IMG/VR virus record: IMGVR_UViG_3300048672_000970 | Coordinates: 136,364-200,363 of that record | Length of the DNA: 64,000 nt | Source of the DNA: a virus | Taxonomy: Duplodnaviria; Caudoviricetes | Reading direction: 5' to 3' (one strand) | Shown: positions 17,180 through 26,609 of the stretch, one piece after another | Numbering within the stretch: position 1 is the stretch's first letter | How the letters are laid out: the number at the start of each line of letters is the position of its first letter | The notes under the pieces: model-generated | What the model was told of the DNA's origin: nothing | Database searches by the model: none | Seen by the model: only the letters and a program-made list of their open reading frames with translations | Program-made: the position numbers and the translations under genes

Positions 17180-18300
17180 TTGGGTGTCCAAACGAGCTAA
17201 AACGGCCTAGGAGCGATTTGATAGTGGAAGGTGGGCACAGGTAGCTTGACGGATGAAATCGGCTCTAAAGCCCGTTAACCGCGTCCTGGCTGCATGTTCT
17301 TATTTGCCACCTAAAGGAATTTACTGAATGGATGGAAAAGCCGGTAGGTCAGTCGGTTGTCGGTTGGTTCCGTTCAGAGAAAGGTTCGTAGCCGGTTCTT
17401 AGTTGGTTAGCTCAAGTTTCAGGTTGGCTTCCGGAATTGATTTAACGGCTGTTAGCGCGTTCTTAAGCTGCATAGACTACCTAGGTAGCTCATTGAAAGA
17501 AAACGGCTCTAACGTCCGTTTAAGCCCCTTCCTAGTCAATTCCTTATTTGTCACCTAAAGCAATTTCTCAGAATTGGTTAGAAAAGCCGGTAGGTCAGTC
17601 AGTCAGGCAGTCAGTCAGTCAGTTCACTTGAGTTAGTTCACTTGAGTTAGTTCAGTTCAGATGTGTGCAAACAGATTGACTAAACGGACGTTAGAGCTTC
17701 TGATTAGGTAGATAGCTACCCATGTAGCCAGATGAACAAAAATGGCTCTGAAGCCCGTTAAACGCGTTCTAGAGGTACTTCCTTATTTGTCACCTATAGG
17801 TATTTCTCAAAAGAAGTGAGGAAGGGGCTGGTAGGTCTGTTAGGTTGATTGGTTCAGAGAAAGACTCAGTTGACTGAATGCAGGGCTGGCTTGACTGCTT
17901 GTTAGAGCAGCAAACAGCGAATGTGGTCGGTCAACTGCTGAAGCCCGTTAGGGCTGAGGTTATGAGTACAGAAGTAGTTGACTAACGCGCTGTTAGACAT
18001 CTGTTAAACGGGCCATAGCGCGATTAGAAAGGGTGGTAGCTACGTGGGTAGCCTAGCGGATGAAATCGGCTCTATGACCCGTTTAAGCCCCTTACAAGTC
18101 AATTCCTTATTTGTCACCTAAGGGTATTTTACAAATGAGTGGAGAAAAGCTGGGTAGGTGGCTTGGTTGGTTAGCTCACAGAAAAGCTTAGTTGAGTAGT
18201 GGCTTGAGACAGCTTGCTGCCGGTAGGCTCAAGATGCGAAAGGACTACTCAACTACTGAAGCCCTGTAAGGGCTGAGGTTAGGTAATGAGATGGATTAGG
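17180..18300 (+). repeat. Non-coding repeat array A (4 units, spacing ~240-325 bp)
   Basis: Core cttatttg(t/c)caccta at 17299, 17543, 17782 and 18106, each preceded by ggctct..(cc)cgtt(t)aa; no ORF of 60 aa or more in 1.2 kb. Confidence 0.9.
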
Positions 18301-18322
18301 TATTGGTTCAAAAAATGCTGAG

Positions 18323-18328
18323 TAAATA
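18323..18328 (+). promoter_or_regulatory. T4-type late promoter (TAAATA)
   Basis: Upstream of the giant ORF; overlaps the 6-bp hairpin tgagta/tactca. Confidence 0.7.
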
Positions 18329-18343
18329 ACTACTCATGAAGGA

Positions 18344-21300
18344 ATGACACAAATGACCAAAAAAGATTACACATTGCCTTATCAGGAACTAGCCAAGTTC
18401 ATTTCCCCTAACTTACGTAATTCAGTTAACGTCTCTATTACCAAGAACTTGTTCGACCGATTCCTCACTCAAAATGAATCAGCTCCTTTTTACGGGTATG
18501 TGGGTAACAATCCTGGCACGGTCACGCAACGTTTGGCAACTGATGTAGAACAAGATATCAATCACATCGTTCCCCTGTTTTCGTTCAATCAAGGGAAAGA
18601 GGAATTTATTTTCACTGAACAGGATTTGGTCAACAAAGCGAAAGCGATTGGTCTGACGGCCAATTTAGAAGATTGGCTAGCTGCCCAAGGGAACAACTTC
18701 TGTCCGCCAATCTCACTGGACAAATTTACCAATTTCTTCAATTACTACTACACGGCAAATGCGCTTGATTACAAACCAGTGATGGGATGGAATCAGACGA
18801 ACGCGCCTGAATACTACTGCATTGAAAAGCCGGCTAATGGAAGTTTAACCAAACTGAACGTTGATGTGGCGACAACCGAATTTATTGTCCCTACTGGTAC
18901 TGGTTTTGCCAATCAACTTTTCACGGTCACTTGTGTCAATAACACCGTATCTGAGTTACAATTCAGTGTAGCCAATGTGGGTGCCCTCGGGGGATGGGTT
19001 CCTGTCAGTGGTGCCAATTCGTTCACTATGCCTAAAATTAACTCAGGGTTAGTGAATACATATACTCATTCATTTGCCGTCTCAAAAAACGGCGTGACTA
19101 AAACTCTTATCACGTTCGACATCGTATGCGACCCGTTATTTGATACTGAATCCAATCTCATTGGTTATGAATCCTTTAACGTCGGTGACACTTTATCGAT
19201 TGATGCGAAATTTATCTCATCAGTCTATTCTGTTTCATTTACCGGCTCAACGGGCATCAAGGGTAAAGTGAAAAATGTCAAGACCCTCGCTGCTTATCAA
19301 GTCATCAATAATGTCCAGTTGCAAAAGGGTATGCGAGTTCTTGTCAAGAATAACGCCGGTTCAGAAAATGGAATTTATACGGTGTCTGAACAGAGCTGGT
19401 CATTTGCGGAAGATTTTACTGCCGGTTCTAATGTCAATGCGGAAGTATTTGACATTCACGGGCAAAGCCGGTATCGAGCTGTTTCGGTTACCGGGGGCTA
19501 TTCATTTGTCCAATCCGGTTCAACTTCATTGACAAATGATTGGCAAGAGCATAATTACTGGATGCATATTTCAGAAGTGAATGCACGTGGGTTAGACTTG
19601 GCTAAAATCCAACAGGCAGTTCGACCGATTATCGAGTACAAGAATTCAGTTCAACTGAATTCATTTGTGGCTAACGGCCGCCCAGCTTCTTCCGGAACGG
19701 CTTACCAGCAAACTAAGCAAAAGTTCAATCAGTTTCCGCTGTTCGATTTATTCAATCATGATGGCACTCATTCCGGATTCGTATCACCAATTTTCTTCTA
19801 TGAAGAATCAGTGAATGGACAACTGGACGTTAAGTTACAGAAGCGAGTTGCCAAGTCAGATTTCCTGTCCGCTGATTTCCTTTTCAATCACGGCCTAATG
19901 GATGGCGATAAGGCATTATTCTTCAAAGAAGCTGGTCAGATGAAATCCATTTGGACGGATGGCTATTCCAGTTCAACTATCATTTCTTCCTCTTTCACCG
20001 GAACTGGTAACGGAACTATTTCTGTTCAGCTAACAGGTAAAAATATCCCTGAACAAATTTGGACGTTGAATGCATTGAATGCATCTTCGTTCAAACTGAC
20101 TGGTAATTCATTTTCAGGTAATGAATTGGTGTCAATTGGGCAACTGTACTCGAATGAATATTTCACCATTCAAATTGTTAATGGAAGCATTCCGTTTCAA
20201 GTGAATGATTCGTACACGTTCGTTACTGCCGGCAAAAATATTCCGGAATGGGTTGTTAAGCAGAACGACAAAACGAACATGGTGTTACTGAGCGAAAATG
20301 GCACTTATACCGTGCCAATGTCTTTTGTTCATAATGTTAAAAATGAACATCAGGCGACTTTGCAGGAAGGGGCGTTATATTCTCACTTCAGAGATATTCT
20401 TAATAAGGGAGTATCGAACAAGTTTGGCGGCGCCATCAAATCATGGAATGACCCGGTGAATATTTTCATCGGATTGATGATGCAAAAAGACATTAACCCA
20501 TTGTCATTGATTGATTATGCGCAGCGTAGTTATGAATCGGCTTCTAACTCAGTTATCGATTTATACGTGTCAAAAATTCTGCAATATGTCGCTGATGTCA
20601 AAATTCCTTCCGCGAAAGAATTTGCCGACTATGCGTTAAGTGAACTGCTGAAAAGTCGAGATGTCAAGCAAGTGTTTTATGATACGACCAGTCTGGCAGG
20701 GTTTCCGATTACGTTGCCAATGATGGGATTTACTGCGCCAGTGATGCCGCAAATCGTCCATGTGAACGAACTGGACGGGCAATTTATCCAGCATCACGAT
20801 GGACACAAGAGTCCGTTATTTGCCGACACCTATCAATTATTCGAGCGGATGTTTTCTAACAAGACGACTGTCAATAAAAACGGTGCTGAAGTTGAAATCC
20901 TGTTGTCAACGACTGTCGAGCCAACCACCCCGTTCAAGGGCGCGATGTGGATTAATAACACCAGTTCCGCGTCTTCTATCAAACTGTTTGATGTAACGTC
21001 AGATGCGAATAATGCGCCGAGCAATCCATCAGCCGGAACGACTTGGCTGAATACTCAGACTAATCAAGCATTTGAGTATGATGGCACTGGTTGGATTTAC
21101 AAAAACAAATCTGACCTATGGAAAGAAATGAAGTTTGGTGAATTACTCAACTCAATCATCATCGAAATTGAATCGAGACTGTATGACAGGTGTTATGCCA
21201 GTCCGATAAATCTTTCCATTCCGAATATGGAACAGGAATACATTTCGTGGGCGACCGCTAACAAATATAAGCCATACGCTTCCATCGCCAGTGAAGACCC

Positions 21301-24300
21301 GTTCTCTTGGAATTATTCATCAATTGGTCAAGCTCGCTGGTTCGATGTTATCACGGCTTATCAATCAACTCATGGTATCAGTTATCCAACGGCTCGACCC
21401 GATCTGGCGCCGTGGCAACTACTCAACCATGCTTCTAAGCCGGCCAATTGGGATATTCAGTATAAGGCGAAGTTGACAGACTTAACTGGTTATACCAATT
21501 CAATTACTGTGTCAGCAGTTTCGTTCAGTGAAACGCCGACGAACGTTACCCGATTTGGATTACCAGTGATGGACGGAGTTCAATTGAGTAATGGCGACTA
21601 TATTCTGTTAGCGTCCGAAGCACTACCTTCCAATAATGGCATCTGGCAAGTATCTACCGGAAGTTGGACTCAAGTATCATTTGATTTCAATACCAAGCTA
21701 CTTTTCACTGTTCGATATGGCTCAGTATTTGCTAACACCATTTGGGGCAATATCACCAATCAAGAATTTGCCCAATACAGAAAGTGGTCTAACAAAATGT
21801 GGGCGGACATTAAAGCCGTTACTTCGGTCAAGTTATTTGTCAATACGGTCACTGATGAAAATTTACCTCCTTATCTGCCAGCTTCTGACCGATGGGCGAA
21901 TGAAGTTTTGACGAACGTCATTCCGACCAGTTGGCAAGATGAGTATCAATTTGGGGATAATTCGTTACTTGAATCCGTGTGGAAAAATTCTATTGATTAC
22001 AAGTATAACGAAGTAAAAGCCTATTGCAAAGTCAATCCGTTAGGATTTATTGAAAACCTGTGGGGAATCAATTACTTAATTATCGACGGCATTCGATATG
22101 ACTATAACGCACAGTCGCTGGTCAGTCTGTCCAATCTGAAAATGCACGGTGATGCTATCGATTCAACTCGCACTCATCAAGTAGTCGGCACTGTTAACAA
22201 GGATGTTAAATTAGTTAATCACACTCGGTCAGTTGGTTATCCAGAATTCTGCGTATTCGACGGAGATGTATTTGTCGGCAAACTGATTGCCAATCAAATC
22301 ACTAACGGGACAATGAATGGCGTCACGTTCACTAACTTTGGCATCAAAGATAACGGGTCTGCCTTCCAACAGGGCGACATGTTCATCATTGCTAATTCAG
22401 TTGTTTCATTTGTCCCAGCGACGACGAAACAATATATTGGTTTTGGTCAATTGTTCGCTAATGCGTTAAGAAGTATGAGCGTGGACACTAACAGAAGTTA
22501 TGCCGTATCCGCTTTCAAAAATTGGCAGACAACTATTGGCTATCGAACTGGCCGAATGATTGCGGAAAATTGCGTAGTTGAAACAGGGACGACCGTCATC
22601 CCGGAATCTGCCTACTCGCTAAAGCTGAAAAAGAATAGGGTCAGTAACTCACTCTGGATGCAAGCACTGAACGTGTCCGTCCTCTCTAACTCAGGCCCGA
22701 AAGAAAACTGGACGTATCAAATTGATGGCTTTAACCCCAATCAAACTGAATTCCAATATTATCATCTTGACCCTTCTTCAGAAGAAATTACGTTTAACGT
22801 CCTTGACACTGAATTAGTCCTCTCCCACTATTCAGAAATTGCCAATTTGGTAAAAACGACGTTTCCAACCACAATCCAAGGGCTATTACCCTTGGTTAAC
22901 GTATTGTTCGGATATTCGATGTTTTTAGAAGCAAATGGCTTCACGATGGACGACAATGACAACAAGATAGAAGCAGATAGCGGAAGATTCCGTAATTGGC
23001 AGTTAGAGATTGAAAAAATGGTATCTAATTTGGATACGGTTGGATTGAATGACCCTATTCAGATGAATCCGTTCATGGATGGATTTACGATTGAGCATGG
23101 TGATGGATTGACTGCTGAATTTGTTGACACGGACATTTTTGATGTGAAGTCGCATCCGGCCATTTTTGATTTGGTTGGGGCGAAAATCAGTGTGAGAGAT
23201 TTGTTCGTGGTCAGAACGGCGGACAAGACTGTTATCAAGTCGGAAGTACCTATCTATTCAGCTCATGTTCAGTTTGACGAGTATGAGAACATTTTCAAGT
23301 TTGAAAAGCAGATTGGCACTGATAAATTACTGTTTGATGAGTTTTCAGGTGCGCGGATTTCAACTCTAACGTTCAATGGGCGAGGTTCTGCCAATGAAAC
23401 GATGCGCCCTGAATTTGGTGGCCATTTCATCTCGGACAATGCATCGAAACTTAATTTACAGGCGTCGATTGATGCGATAGCTAACGCGTACAATCCTGAT
23501 AAGCAATTTGACCCGACCATTTCAAAACATGCTTTGGCATTACTTGGATTTTCTCAGAAAGACTACCTGAGTAACATCGGTGTCGATATGAATACGCAAC
23601 TGGCTTTCTGGCGTGGAATGATTCAGATGAAGGGAACTACTTCGTCTGTTAATGCGTTACTCAATCACAAGAATTATTCCGGCGCGAAAATTGACGAGTA
23701 TTGGGCGGTGAAGATTGCCGAGTATGGTGACGCCCGCGAAAAAACTTATCCAGAGCTGAAAGTATTTGCGGCAGATACTTATCAGCATTTTACCAAGTAT
23801 CAATTTGGTGATAATTCGTTATCAGGATTCACGTTCATCGACCCGATTGATGACAATCGATGGTTTGCTCTCCCCGATTTGAACAAAGATATGACTTTTT
23901 CATCGAAGACAACTTACTACTCGAATAACTCAGCTTCCGGATTGATTACCATTCCTTCTGGTGATTCATTCATCAATGGAACAGCTACTTATCAAAAGCT
24001 GAACGATACCACATTGAAAATTACTGGAACGGGGACAGTTAATGTCTCATCACTCAATCCAGATGTGGACAAGTATAATCCGATTAAACTGTTCAACTAT
24101 CAAGCTAATGAGCATGTCACCGATATTTGTTATTGGCATCCGAAGGCGGGTTATCATTCAGCAGCTATTTCGGCAGTGGACATTATTTCAAATACTGACC
24201 CGGCGAAATATTCTAACTTAGTGACAACGGACGTTAATGAATATTTTTCATGGAGTGATAAGGAAATTGGACGTATCTGGTTTGATACTGATAAGGTAGC

Positions 24301-26560
24301 TTATCAGCCGTATGATGATTCATCCATCTATCCGGACATTGACCAGCGGTTGATTAGATGGGGTGGACTGGCTGATTATGCGTCAGTCAGTATCAATGAA
24401 TGGGTTGAATCGGATGTCATTCCGTCCGCTTACACCACTTACTACCCGGCGGAATATGGTCAGCCGAGTAACGAAGCTGTCTATCAGCGTGAGAAAGCTT
24501 GGCAAGTTCGTCCGATTGCGTGGAGTCAGGCGGGCGTGGCTATTGCAGCCGCTCATCCAGCCTTTAACGCCGCTTTCTTCCCTTCAATCACGTTCGACAA
24601 CCAATCAGGGACTGCATGGCTGGAAAGCGGCTCTTTCGCCGATTTGGGCATCAAGGCTAATATGCATGTCGGCACTTGGACAAATACGCCGGTTGAAAAA
24701 CCGTTGTCTGAGTACAAAATTATTGCTAATGATTCTAAGACGGTGTTACTCGATAACATCCTGCCCAATCAGCAAACTATCACGAAGAATGGATTGACAG
24801 TTAATGTTTCTATCAAAGCAATTGGCTCTACCAAGAAATTAGGCCAACTGCTTTTCGTCGGGCCAAATTCTAACGCCAGTTTGATTCAATCTGTTCAACG
24901 AATCGCCATCGAAGGGACGTTAGTCAACCAATGGGAAGTGACAGCAAGTATTCGGGTCATTGAAATTGATACGGGTGATTTTGTCGATGTACCAATTAAC
25001 ACAGCTATCGGGTCAGTTAATTCCGCTCCTTATTATGGCACGTCCGATTCAATGGTGCAAAATGACACGGTAGTTGGCACTATCGAAAATTTCAATCTGC
25101 AAATTACGTTAACGGCTCTTAACTCAGTTAATAACATGCCGATTGATACTTTAGCCAATATCATTGAAGAAGCGTTTTCGAGCAGAGTGACTTTACATGA
25201 TACCATTTCCATTCAGCAAATTGTGCCGAATACTGTCAACGGCGTTATTTGCAATGACCCGCAATCTCCGGATTACACAGGTATCGAATGGCGTTCTTGG
25301 TCAATGCCCGCGCAAGCTGATTTGGATGATGATTCACCGGCTCCCAACTCAAAGTGGAAACCTTATATTGGTGATTATGTCTCCGTGCAACCAGTGACTT
25401 TTGCGATGATTGCCGATGCCACTAACCCTGATTTGGTTCTGTCTGATTCAACTATTATTCCTCGGTATAAGACCAGTTGGAATGATTGGGTGGAATTGAC
25501 GCCGACTCATTATGATTTTGTCGCACAAACAACGGTGTCAACTATTCAAGTAATGGATGTTGATTCAGCCCGTATCGCGGTTTATTTCAATGGCATTGCG
25601 CAATCGAATACTTACTCAAAGATTGGCACGACGATGACGATTAATTGCCCGATTGGCACGTTTGTCAAAGTTATCATTTCCGTCTATCAACCAACTCAGA
25701 AAGAACTGGCATTCAATCCGGACGTGGCAGATGACGTAAAAGTTCAAACACAGTTTAAGAGAGATTTCAAGTATGTGACGAAGATGGTCAGAGATAACAC
25801 CGGCCTCGTCAGTGGAAACAAGTATTATTTCTGGGTAACTAATCGCAACCTGGGTTCGGGTCAATTGTCTGTCAATCAAATCAAGCAGCAATTGACGACT
25901 GCGCCAAGTGCTTATTTCATCATTCACCATCTGGTCAATGGTAAATATGATTCGGTCATCATTTCCGGTCTTAACTATCTTGTCCCCAATTCGGATGAGT
26001 ATAAGTTACGTTTCACCCGTGATTACACCCTTCGTACAGATTCTAATGATTTGGACTTGAAAGATGTGCACACGGAATGGACGTTAATTCGTCCCGGTCA
26101 ACGGACTAAAATCCCTGAGCAACTGTGGAACAAGTTGGTCGATAGTGTTTGTGGACAAGATAGCGCCGGCAACTCAGTGCCATACGAAAAGTTTGTTTCA
26201 TACGATGCGAAGTATGGCAAGAATTCAAAGTATGGATTTGGTGTTGGACAAGTGTTAGCTGACAAAAACATTCTCATTGAAACCATCAAGTACGTGGTGC
26301 AAAATACGTCCTTGGTCGTGGAAGGTGATTATCCAATTCCCGACTATATCTCTTTCATTGATTTCGCTGAGTTAGATTCGCTGTTCAGTGGGGCAAATAT
26401 TCGGGAGACGATGAACAGAATTTGGAACCTTGCGTCAGTGGCGCAAATCAACGAAGTGTTTTTCGCCTGTTTGGAAGATGTCATCGCCAGTAATTATGAG
26501 TTGACGGACGTGTTCAAAACCAGTAGACTTTCTGCCTACGGAATTAGGGTGGTTTCTTAA
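18344..26560 (+). CDS. Giant virion structural protein (baseplate wedge/tail-like, 2738 aa)
   Basis: Size, late promoter, beta-rich composition, and two copies of the tail motif (N/D)xVQLxxG...(V/I)L...NGI(Y/W)xV. Confidence 0.8.
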   Translation: MTQMTKKDYTLPYQELAKFISPNLRNSVNVSITKNLFDRFLTQNESAPFYGYVGNNPGTVTQRLATDVEQDINHIVPLFSFNQGKEEFIFTEQDLVNKAKAIGLTANLEDWLAAQGNNFCPPISLDKFTNFFNYYYTANALDYKPVMGWNQTNAPEYYCIEKPANGSLTKLNVDVATTEFIVPTGTGFANQLFTVTCVNNTVSELQFSVANVGALGGWVPVSGANSFTMPKINSGLVNTYTHSFAVSKNGVTKTLITFDIVCDPLFDTESNLIGYESFNVGDTLSIDAKFISSVYSVSFTGSTGIKGKVKNVKTLAAYQVINNVQLQKGMRVLVKNNAGSENGIYTVSEQSWSFAEDFTAGSNVNAEVFDIHGQSRYRAVSVTGGYSFVQSGSTSLTNDWQEHNYWMHISEVNARGLDLAKIQQAVRPIIEYKNSVQLNSFVANGRPASSGTAYQQTKQKFNQFPLFDLFNHDGTHSGFVSPIFFYEESVNGQLDVKLQKRVAKSDFLSADFLFNHGLMDGDKALFFKEAGQMKSIWTDGYSSSTIISSSFTGTGNGTISVQLTGKNIPEQIWTLNALNASSFKLTGNSFSGNELVSIGQLYSNEYFTIQIVNGSIPFQVNDSYTFVTAGKNIPEWVVKQNDKTNMVLLSENGTYTVPMSFVHNVKNEHQATLQEGALYSHFRDILNKGVSNKFGGAIKSWNDPVNIFIGLMMQKDINPLSLIDYAQRSYESASNSVIDLYVSKILQYVADVKIPSAKEFADYALSELLKSRDVKQVFYDTTSLAGFPITLPMMGFTAPVMPQIVHVNELDGQFIQHHDGHKSPLFADTYQLFERMFSNKTTVNKNGAEVEILLSTTVEPTTPFKGAMWINNTSSASSIKLFDVTSDANNAPSNPSAGTTWLNTQTNQAFEYDGTGWIYKNKSDLWKEMKFGELLNSIIIEIESRLYDRCYASPINLSIPNMEQEYISWATANKYKPYASIASEDPFSWNYSSIGQARWFDVITAYQSTHGISYPTARPDLAPWQLLNHASKPANWDIQYKAKLTDLTGYTNSITVSAVSFSETPTNVTRFGLPVMDGVQLSNGDYILLASEALPSNNGIWQVSTGSWTQVSFDFNTKLLFTVRYGSVFANTIWGNITNQEFAQYRKWSNKMWADIKAVTSVKLFVNTVTDENLPPYLPASDRWANEVLTNVIPTSWQDEYQFGDNSLLESVWKNSIDYKYNEVKAYCKVNPLGFIENLWGINYLIIDGIRYDYNAQSLVSLSNLKMHGDAIDSTRTHQVVGTVNKDVKLVNHTRSVGYPEFCVFDGDVFVGKLIANQITNGTMNGVTFTNFGIKDNGSAFQQGDMFIIANSVVSFVPATTKQYIGFGQLFANALRSMSVDTNRSYAVSAFKNWQTTIGYRTGRMIAENCVVETGTTVIPESAYSLKLKKNRVSNSLWMQALNVSVLSNSGPKENWTYQIDGFNPNQTEFQYYHLDPSSEEITFNVLDTELVLSHYSEIANLVKTTFPTTIQGLLPLVNVLFGYSMFLEANGFTMDDNDNKIEADSGRFRNWQLEIEKMVSNLDTVGLNDPIQMNPFMDGFTIEHGDGLTAEFVDTDIFDVKSHPAIFDLVGAKISVRDLFVVRTADKTVIKSEVPIYSAHVQFDEYENIFKFEKQIGTDKLLFDEFSGARISTLTFNGRGSANETMRPEFGGHFISDNASKLNLQASIDAIANAYNPDKQFDPTISKHALALLGFSQKDYLSNIGVDMNTQLAFWRGMIQMKGTTSSVNALLNHKNYSGAKIDEYWAVKIAEYGDAREKTYPELKVFAADTYQHFTKYQFGDNSLSGFTFIDPIDDNRWFALPDLNKDMTFSSKTTYYSNNSASGLITIPSGDSFINGTATYQKLNDTTLKITGTGTVNVSSLNPDVDKYNPIKLFNYQANEHVTDICYWHPKAGYHSAAISAVDIISNTDPAKYSNLVTTDVNEYFSWSDKEIGRIWFDTDKVAYQPYDDSSIYPDIDQRLIRWGGLADYASVSINEWVESDVIPSAYTTYYPAEYGQPSNEAVYQREKAWQVRPIAWSQAGVAIAAAHPAFNAAFFPSITFDNQSGTAWLESGSFADLGIKANMHVGTWTNTPVEKPLSEYKIIANDSKTVLLDNILPNQQTITKNGLTVNVSIKAIGSTKKLGQLLFVGPNSNASLIQSVQRIAIEGTLVNQWEVTASIRVIEIDTGDFVDVPINTAIGSVNSAPYYGTSDSMVQNDTVVGTIENFNLQITLTALNSVNNMPIDTLANIIEEAFSSRVTLHDTISIQQIVPNTVNGVICNDPQSPDYTGIEWRSWSMPAQADLDDDSPAPNSKWKPYIGDYVSVQPVTFAMIADATNPDLVLSDSTIIPRYKTSWNDWVELTPTHYDFVAQTTVSTIQVMDVDSARIAVYFNGIAQSNTYSKIGTTMTINCPIGTFVKVIISVYQPTQKELAFNPDVADDVKVQTQFKRDFKYVTKMVRDNTGLVSGNKYYFWVTNRNLGSGQLSVNQIKQQLTTAPSAYFIIHHLVNGKYDSVIISGLNYLVPNSDEYKLRFTRDYTLRTDSNDLDLKDVHTEWTLIRPGQRTKIPEQLWNKLVDSVCGQDSAGNSVPYEKFVSYDAKYGKNSKYGFGVGQVLADKNILIETIKYVVQNTSLVVEGDYPIPDYISFIDFAELDSLFSGANIRETMNRIWNLASVAQINEVFFACLEDVIASNYELTDVFKTSRLSAYGIRVVS

Positions 26561-26563
26561 AAA

Positions 26564-26609
26564 TCGACATGTAAATATGGGTTTCAAAGGCTGAAACCCA
26601 TAATGTCGA
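26564..26609 (+). promoter_or_regulatory. Late promoter (TAAATA 26572-26577) within a start-codon-sequestering hairpin
   Basis: tatgggtttca/tgaaacccata 11-bp stem plus tcgacat/atgtcga 7-bp outer stem containing ATG 26603. Confidence 0.75.

Noticed and set aside
17594-17648. (GTCA)n and 14-bp tandem as a phase-variation switch
   Set aside because: Not in a coding region or a recognisable promoter; recorded only as part of the repeat array.
17180-18300. CRISPR array interpretation of repeat arrays A and B
   Set aside because: Units are 180-325 bp apart with degenerate repeats, the spacers resemble each other, and no cas gene is present.
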